64,000 bases of DNA, taken from the NCBI GenBank assembly GCA_963693365.1, contig CAVNZM010000014.1, positions 992,001 through 1,056,000 of the forward strand, in the 5' to 3' direction. Source of the DNA: Amoebidium appalachense (Eukaryota > Protista > Ichthyosporea). The position numbers were made by a program, and so were the translations under genes. A model generated the notes under the pieces. It worked only from the letters and a program-made list of their open reading frames with translations. It made no database searches and was not told the origin of the DNA. Of the stretch, positions 56,345 through 64,000 are shown one piece after another; position 1 is the stretch's first letter, and each line of letters opens with the position of its first letter.

Positions 56345-57716
56345 ACACATATCACCCGTCCACACCACAACACGGAAAAGAGATATGCGAGAGTGCCTGG
56401 TAAGACATAACGAATAGGGCTGCACAAGGCATCTATGCATGCCAGCACATCTCAAACCGATCACTCTCCTTTATTCAGCAGGAGTGGGTCCGGTGTGTGT
56501 GTGTGTGCATGTGCACGTGTGTTTGTGTGTGCCTGTGCCTGTGTGTGTCTGTGTGTGTGTGTGTGCGCGCGCGTTCTTGTGTGCATGGGTCTCTGTGTGT
56601 GGGTGTGGGTGTGCGCCTGTGTGTGTGTGTATGCATGTGCACACAGCTGGGGGCTGAGAGATAGGCAGAGGTAATAGTGTCAGGCACATGAGCGTGCGTT
56701 CACCAAGGTGTACACGTGTTTGATGTCACGAGGGCTCTAGGCAGGCGGGCACGTGCAAGTATGTATGTCTCAAAGATTGAGTGTATGTATGTGTGTACAC
56801 CGTGGGTTCGAGTGCATGCTTATGTTCTATGCATGCACACGAGCAACGGGGTTGTGTGCCTCTGTGTGAGAGCAAGTGTGGGTGAGTGAGGGCAACTGTG
56901 AGCATACGTGCATGTGTGTGTACATGGGTATGGGTGTGTGTGCAAAGGAGCACAGACGAACACGTGTGAATGCCTGTGCACGTGTGCATAATGTTGAAAA
57001 ACGCTTGCGCTAAATTCATGTCTGTGTGTGCAAACACGGGTTGGAGTCAGATAATGGGTATCTTCTGTGTGTGTGCGTGGCTGCCAGATAGTGTGCGTGC
57101 TTGCATGGGTGGGGGCTAGTGTGGGGTAACACAATTTCCTGTGTTTTATGGCCATGTCTGATAGATACGTGTGGATCTGTGCCTGGGTGGCTGTAACGAA
57201 ACACTTGTGCCAGTGTGACTCTTTGTGCGTGTAGGTTGGTGTAAGGAATTGCATGCTGTGTTTTCCTGTGTGTGACTGACTCTGATGTGCGTGTCTCCAT
57301 GTATGGGTGGCTGTGATAAAGCACTTATGTGTGTGTGCCTGCCAGTGTGTGCCCACGTACACGTATGGGTTAATGTGAGAAGACACACACGTGTGTTGCA
57401 TGCACTCTGCACATTACACACAAGCAAGTGATAGCAGCAAACACACTAATAACTCACCGGACAGAACACCACAAACAAAAGCAGAAACCAAATCAAGCAC
57501 TCCAACAAACAAAAAAACTTACTCGCAAGGAAGAACCTCTATGTGGTTGCTTGGCACGAAACCCTCGGCCCTCAAGCTTGGATTGGTTGGATTTGGCCCC
57601 TCTGCCTTATACCAGCTAGGATCGTTCATGTCTGTAATCAACAGGTCGGCATTTCTCTTAAACGATAGCTCCTGGTTTGTCTGCCCAGTAAAGTCGAAGA
57701 GTGCCTTCGCCTCCAT
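53148..57716 (-). CDS. GRB2: GRB2-family SH3-SH2-SH3 adaptor (~289 aa, 4 coding exons)
   Basis: Exon 57523-57716 encodes SH3 ([37 protein letters not shown]). Exon 55671-55771 begins SH2 ([25 protein letters not shown]). Exon 53947-54357 gives [35 protein letters not shown] plus a linker. Exon 53148-53312 encodes SH3 ([43 protein letters not shown]). Exon 3 has one extra base in a G run (54044-54058). A CAG acceptor 4 nt upstream of the ATG implies an upstream 5'UTR intron. Confidence 0.92.
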
Positions 57717-59105
57717 CGTGCTGTGTGTCGGCCCAAAGCTGTCGGGATCAAAAGCGTGTGAGCAAAAAATGGAAAGAAACATTACATTACATTACGTGCA
57801 TTCTTGCTTTACTTTGATGAGAGGATCCCTTAACCCTTGACACAGAAAAACATTCTCGAAAAGCACTTCAAAGACCTAACGAATGACGTCTAGCATGGTA
57901 TTCTGCACTGCTGCCAGTAGCACCTAGAAAAAAAAATAGGCTACTACATGCATGCACCAAGTTTAGAAAGTAGTTCTGTTGTAACAGAGGGTGTTGATAA
58001 GAGAGATCTGCAGTGCACCGCCGTCAGAAGAAGCACCTCAAGCACATAGCCTTACTGCATAGCACACACTTCAGTTACGCGTACAAGACCCCCTATCAAA
58101 AGGCCCTCTCCTCCCCCTGTGACTTCAATTTCGCAATACCAGCGAGGTGCGCAGTAAGACACCAAGACACACTTGCAAACGTACTCAGACCTGCAAACCA
58201 TTAGCGCACACCCACCCACCCAAAGACGCACACGCACACGCACAGACACGCACACGCACACACACACATGCATACACTGTTGAAACTCAAGTGCATGCAA
58301 ACAGCACAGCCAAATCACAAACGCACAATAATATGCACGCAAATGAATCATGAAGTCCACGTCGGGAACAGGCCCGCAACACACGAAAGAATAACAAAAC
58401 ATACCCTCTAAGCTGCTCTTAGCACGATAAACCCTGTCTGTCACTGATTTTCTTACGTTTTTGCTCCTTCCCTCTCTCCCTTCCCTTGCCAAAGCGTATT
58501 ATACTATCTTTTTCCTTTTTTCTCTTATTTCGCTGAGTTGAGTTTGTGACTTTATGTACGCTGACCTCAAAAAGTTGTGACTGAGCGACTTCCGGAACAG
58601 GCACGGATAGAGCCTTGCATGACAACAGAAGACGACGGCTTTAAAAATTAGTTTAACATCTTTACAGCAGCGTTTATCCAAACAGAACACTTGTATATAA
58701 TTTTTCCTCAAGGTCCGACATGCCGAGTTGTGCTAGATGCCGTGGTGATGACCAAAGCCTTTGCAAAGGAAGGAAAGACGACGAAATGAGACTCCCTGCT
58801 GTTATGCACAGAGCTTGTAAAAATGGATTATGTTCTTCTTTTCTTCCCTTCTACTGCACATCTTCGTCCACATAATACTCTTTTCCTCTCCTGTCTAACT
58901 TCAAAGCATTGCCTGGCCATGGGTGCCCTTGAGCTTTCTGTGTTTCAACGGTTCCCCTTTTCAACCGTGCCTCTCTCTGTGTTAAGCCACAGCACTACAA
59001 ACTTTGGCATCTGCCCACCCTCGCTAGTGCTACATAGGCCCAGGTAATAGTACACAAGCAAAGTGGAAAGGTTAATGGTCTGATGACAGTGCCATGTACC
59101 TCTCC

Positions 59106-59139
<34 letters not shown>

Positions 59140-59316
59140 CCCCTCCAAAAAAAAGAACCCCCGGTCACCGGTAGAATAACAGCACTAAGTATAAATGAAA
59201 CACGAACCCTACAGTATTTGCTTGCCCCCCCCCCCCCTCCCCCCCCCCCCCCCCCCCCCCCCCCCGCCCCCCGCCCCTCCCCCCCCCCTCCCCCCGAGTC
59301 TGCCAAGCTCCCTCTC

Positions 59317-59631
59317 GTTTTCTACTTCCTGCGCGCCTCCCCCCACATTACGACCATGGCACTCAAAGCACACCCCGATTTATCACCCGTCCATTGCTTG
59401 CTAAGACGATTTACCTTTAATTTCATCAGTAGCATGTTTGCTACCCTTTGGTTGCGTAGTTTTTTTTTGGTTTTTTTTTTGGTTTTCTACTTCCTGCGCG
59501 CCTCCCCCCACATTACGACCATGGCACTCAAAGCACACCCCGATTTATCACCCGTCCATTGCTTGCTAAGACGATTTACCTTTAATTTCATCAGTAGCAT
59601 GTTTGCTACCCTTTGGTTGCGTAGTTTTTTT

Positions 59632-59632
<1 letters not shown>
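59317..59632. repeat. 165-bp-period tandem duplication with identical ~145-bp cores
   Basis: gttttctacttcctgcgcgcc..ccctttggttgcgtagtttttt occurs at 59317 and 59482, each ending in a T-tract. Confidence 0.92.
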
Positions 59633-59681
<49 letters not shown>

Positions 59682-59802
59682 GGCAGGGGGAGGGGGGCAC
59701 GAGGTGGACGCAGGTGCTGGTGACATATTTGTGTGTCTTTGTATTTGTGTGTGTGTGTGTGTTTGTGTGTGTATAGATTTTTTTTTTCTTTTTTTTTTTT
59801 TT

Positions 59803-59840
<38 letters not shown>

Positions 59841-60071
59841 GGGAGAAGTCAAAACCGGTACTGTAACAATCTGTGCACGTGTGTGTGTACAGCTGTGTCG
59901 GGAGTGACGGAGCAAGCGGGGGGGGGGGGGGGGGGGGGGATGCAGTTGTGTGCATGCGAGGGGAGAGGGGGAGGGGGAGGGGGGAGCTATTTTCGCATAA
60001 TGTGTAGGTGTGTGTGAGGAGAGAGGGGGAGGGATACGTGTTTTTTTTTTTTGTTTCTTTTTTTTTTTTTT

Positions 60072-60111
<40 letters not shown>

Positions 60112-60701
60112 GTATGGGGAGGGGGGGGGGGGGGGGGGGGGGGGGGGATGATAAAGGCTTTGATTTTGTAGATTTTTCTCAGAACTTTTTAATAACACTT
60201 CATATACCCTGGGGACCATGTAACACCCTAGTGGTTACTCATGGATTTGCCACAACTAATATTTGTATTTGAAGGTATGCAATACCAAAATATTTGGAGC
60301 TAGCGCTGCTCGTTCAAAGTTTACATTATTTTCAGTCTTTCAAACTGTATACCTATGCTGTGCTTTTGCTTCCTTTCATTCACGTTTACACAAACGCATC
60401 ACACATACTTGAGTGTTTGAGATACCGGACCGAGATATTTTTGTTTTTTTGTAATCTTTATAAAAAACATGTTCTTTGAGTAATTAAAAGAAGTCATCAA
60501 AAAAATCCTTTACAGCTACTCCTTACAACCCCCCCCCCCCCCCCCCCCCCCCCGCCCACAAATTTTTCACCCACCCACCAGTCCGCCCACCACCACAACA
60601 CCAACAACATAGCCACATATTATCCACCTCAAAAGAGGTGTTTTTATACCACCGCCGAAGAATCATTCCGGGAAGTTTCGGATAAATTTGCCCAACATAT
60701 T

Positions 60702-61298
60702 TCAAGCAAAGTGGGCGAGGGTAGTGCGATAGTCATCGATACTTCCTATGTCGTAGCGGCCACTCACTTGCATTGCCCACACAGGAGTGTGCCTGCATGT
60801 GGAAGGTTGATGTATTTGTCAGTCGTGCAAACTGTATCAACGGTTATATTCAGCTAAGACACAAGCTGAAAAGCACAGGATCCTCATTCCATGACTAAAA
60901 GTGCTGTAAATCAAGGCAGAGTTTGGACAATAAGGGGGGGAAGGAGGGAGGGAAGGAGAAAAAGAAAAATATTAAATGAGGGCCCAGTGTCATACTAGTG
61001 ACGGTTTATATGGACCGAGAGAAGACGGCAGGTTGGAGCCTATCAGTTATTTGGTTCTTTGCAACCCTGGTGAATGAAACTGTGCTTTTTCTTAGTTCTG
61101 TGTGTGTGTTTGTGCTTGGCTGTGCTCTTCAAAGGGCTTTGTATAGGTGTGGGCACAAAGAGGACTGTTTGCACCCACATGTCTGTGCATCAAAATACTT
61201 CACGTCCATACGGGTGGTGGTGTGTGCAGACTCACAAGTTGTGTGTGTGTGTTTTGGTGTCACAGTCTGTATACCTGTCTGCGTGAGAGAGAGAGAGA

Positions 61299-61367
<69 letters not shown>

Positions 61368-62393
61368 AGGGACAGGGAGAGGGAGAGGGGGGAGAGAGAG
61401 AGAGAGAGAGGGTGTGTGTGTGTGCATGTCTGTGTGTGTGTGTGAGCGTCTGTGTGTGTGTGTGTGTGTGTTTGTGTGTCTGTGTGTGTGTGCATCCGGT
61501 CTACCCGTGTGTACGTGTGTGCGAGTGTGGGTGTTGTGCACATGTGCACGCTTGTGCATGTGTGTGTGTGCTTACGTGCCTCTGCATGCGCATGTGTGCA
61601 TGTGTGGCTAGGTCGATTTTTCTTTTTTTTTCTTCCTTTCTTTCTTTCTTTTTCTTTTTCGAAAGACGACAGGGGGGGGGGGGGGGGGGGGGGGGATGAA
61701 GGAAGGAAGGAAAGGGGGGGGGGGGGGGGGGGGGGGGGGGTCAATACATGTACAAATAGGCAAGCAGCTGCCCGGGGGCATCCTTTTCTGCCAAAGGTGC
61801 ATCCTTTTTCTGCAAACCATAAACAAGTGGTTAGTCTGTCATCTGAACCCACCCCCCTCCCCATGATCTTCTCTCTCTATTTCTCCCCTCCCCCCCCCTC
61901 CCCCCTCCCCCCCCAAGGAGAAAACTCAACAGCACACACGTGGAACTGAGTAGCACACCCACACACTCGCCCTCGCATCGGGGCACACACACGGTTTACG
62001 TACATCCAACCCATGCCCATACACAAACCCAGAAACAACTCGAGCGGCACATAGAGTACCAACCCAAATCCACCCCAAGCCCCCCCTCTCACGCTACCTA
62101 ATTTATTTCCTCATGAAATTAGCATCCATTTCCTGTGTTTTCTTCACAGTGAAAACAGGCACTTACCTCATCGAGAAATCTCTGAACCAGCCCGGCTGCC
62201 TCGTTGGTGAGGAAGTAAAGTGCCGGGCATGCCTGCAGATCAAAGTGTCAGGAAAAAGGGTCGATGGTCTAAGAAACAGAGCGGCGTTTGGTGTTTTCTG
62301 TTTTCTTTGCATTTCTTTGTCTCCCCCCCCCCCCCCCCCCCCCTTCTTGTTATTTTGTTTTTTTGTGGTGGTGGTGGTGGTGGTGGTGGTGGT

Positions 62394-62431
<38 letters not shown>

Positions 62432-62507
62432 TACAGACGACACAAGCTTAGAGCAGAACTCAGGAAGGGACAGAAAAAAAAACAATGGATTGGGGAAGGG
62501 GGGGGAA

Positions 62508-62550
<43 letters not shown>

Positions 62551-63427
62551 TTATTAGAACAAATCGGTTATACCAATCGGAGTATGTAAAAATTAGTCTA
62601 AGAAGAAACACCGGAGGAAGAGAGAGGGGGGGAGGGGAAGGGGGGGGGGGGGGGGGGGGGGGGGGAGGGGGGCAGATAATGACACCATGATGCTGAGAGA
62701 GGTGTGGGGGGTCACAGGCCCACCTTTCTGCTGGTGGTCTGGCTGGGATGTGGCTTCTCCTTAAATGCTGTCACATAGCCCTGGCTGTCTGCAACCACGT
62801 GTCTCAGTGATCAATATGCAGTGTTTCATTCATTTCCTTTTCTATTTTATGTTTTCATTTTTCCATTGTTTTTTCAGGCCTTGTTTCATTTTATTCCTTT
62901 CTTGGCCCCTAACTCCCTCCACACACGTAGAAGAGGGATAAGCAGTAGGTAGGGCGGGGCTTGGTAGGCGGAATGATTCAGTGGGTTTCCCATGGGGAAG
63001 GGGGGGGGGGGGGGGGGGGGGGGGGGGAGGGGGGGGGGGGGGGGAAATAGGCAGCAGTACGTACGATGTAAGGATAACCTGTACACATGGCTAAGAGCAA
63101 GTCATGCCAGCCGGAATACAAAAAAATCCACACGAACATGTCCGTAATATTTTTTTTTTTTACTTCGAAGAAGGAGGGGGTTCTAACTATCAACAAAGAA
63201 CGGGGGGGGGGGGGGGGGGGGGGAGGGGGATATATTACCCGTCTCTATGATACCACGTTTGCTGGCTTCGGACTGGTCGGCTAGCTCGTAGTAGACGGTG
63301 GCTGAAGTGTTTGGTATGGCAGCCACAAAGGAAGATACACTGCAACATTTATGCCGATTAGAGATTTATTATACATGGCAATATCCCCAATAGTAATATC
63401 CCACCCAAAAATATGTAATATCCGATG

Positions 63428-63458
<31 letters not shown>

Positions 63459-63535
63459 GTTTTCCCTCCCTTTCCTCCCCTCCCCTCTCTCCCCCCCCCC
63501 CCCCTCCCCCCCCCCTTCCCCCCCCCCCTCCCCCC

Positions 63536-63567
<32 letters not shown>

Positions 63568-63819
63568 AAAAAAAGAAAAAAAAAAAGGCCCTTCTTTCTC
63601 TCCCGAAATGTTCCTTGAACCTCATCGGTAAACCACCACGCTGCTTTCTTTGAAAAGGAATTGTGTAGCCAGTCGAAGCAAACTCGCGTGCATGAATCGA
63701 ATTACATGCACATACACAAGGAAAAAACACACAAAGAGCACATGGCCATCAAAAGAAGAAACGGTAATAAAGATAGGGAAGGCAGGATGGGAAAGAAAGG
63801 TGTGTGTGTGTGTGGTGGT

Positions 63820-63859
<40 letters not shown>

Positions 63860-63920
63860 TTACCTAAAATCTCTGTAAAAGAGGGTATCTCCAGCCACGA
63901 TTAAAACATCCAACTCCCTG
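60702..63920 (-). CDS. Sugar-1-phosphate nucleotidyltransferase (NTP_transferase family), 3' part; 5' end probably beyond the window
   Basis: Exons ~63864-63920 (ELDVLIVAGDTLFYRDF), 63239-63301 (TVYYELADQSEASKRGIIET), 62724-62788 (DSQGYVTAFKEKPHPSQTTSRK), 62167-62232 (ACPALYFLTNEAAGLVQRFLDE), 61748-61809 (KKDAPLAEKDAPGQLLAYLY), 60702-60792 (HTPVWAMQVSGRYDIGSIDDYRTTLAHFA*). GD, FxEKP and DIG motifs are present. It resembles the uridyl-pyrophosphorylase-like domain of animal glucuronokinase/GKUP-type proteins. One linking exon between 63302 and 63863 could not be placed confidently. Confidence 0.88.
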
Positions 63921-64000
63921 CTGACTGGGGGGCCAAAAAGTGATTAATGACGGGAAGGCTATGCAATGAACTGGATATGCAAAACGATAATTGCGGGATA

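Noticed and set aside
57717-57782. N-terminal extension MFLSIFCSHAFDPDSFGPTHST of the GRB2 ORF
   Set aside because: It lies upstream of a CAG acceptor 4 nt before the canonical MEA start and is most likely intron sequence.
52785-59632. CRISPR-like direct repeats
   Set aside because: The context is eukaryotic and the repeats are two-copy tandem duplications without unique spacers or cas genes.

Overview
Eukaryotic, intron-rich genomic DNA. Introns are full of poly-C/poly-G tracts and (CA)n/(GT)n/(CT)n microsatellites, so almost every entry in the ORF track is low-complexity noise. By following GT-AG splice sites and exon phases by hand I assembled four genes. (1) A giant 54-exon plus-strand gene (1364-44839, about 4,725 aa). 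It encodes an N-terminal LMO7/LIMCH1-like calponin-homology (CH) domain, a single half-LIM zinc finger, a rod of about 4,300 aa made of repeated Ala-rich helical modules with talin/vinculin-like character, and four C-terminal LIM domains. I do not recognise this architecture from any described protein, and it is the main candidate for an undescribed system (a possible giant actin-linked mechanosensor). (2) A 3-exon heterotrimeric G-protein gamma subunit (46139-48986, minus). (3) A GRB2-family SH3-SH2-SH3 adaptor with a long low-complexity linker (53148-57716, minus). (4) The 3' part of a sugar-phosphate nucleotidyltransferase gene (60702 to at least ~63920, minus). Also present are an interspersed repeat family, a TTAA-flanked MITE, an inverted repeat of about 180 bp bracketing a LIM exon, several local tandem duplications, and two single-base frame breaks that are either homopolymer errors or 26-28 nt mini-introns. 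Gene content suggests a unicellular opisthokont, probably a holozoan (inference). Family assignments come from my recognition of motifs; no database search was run.
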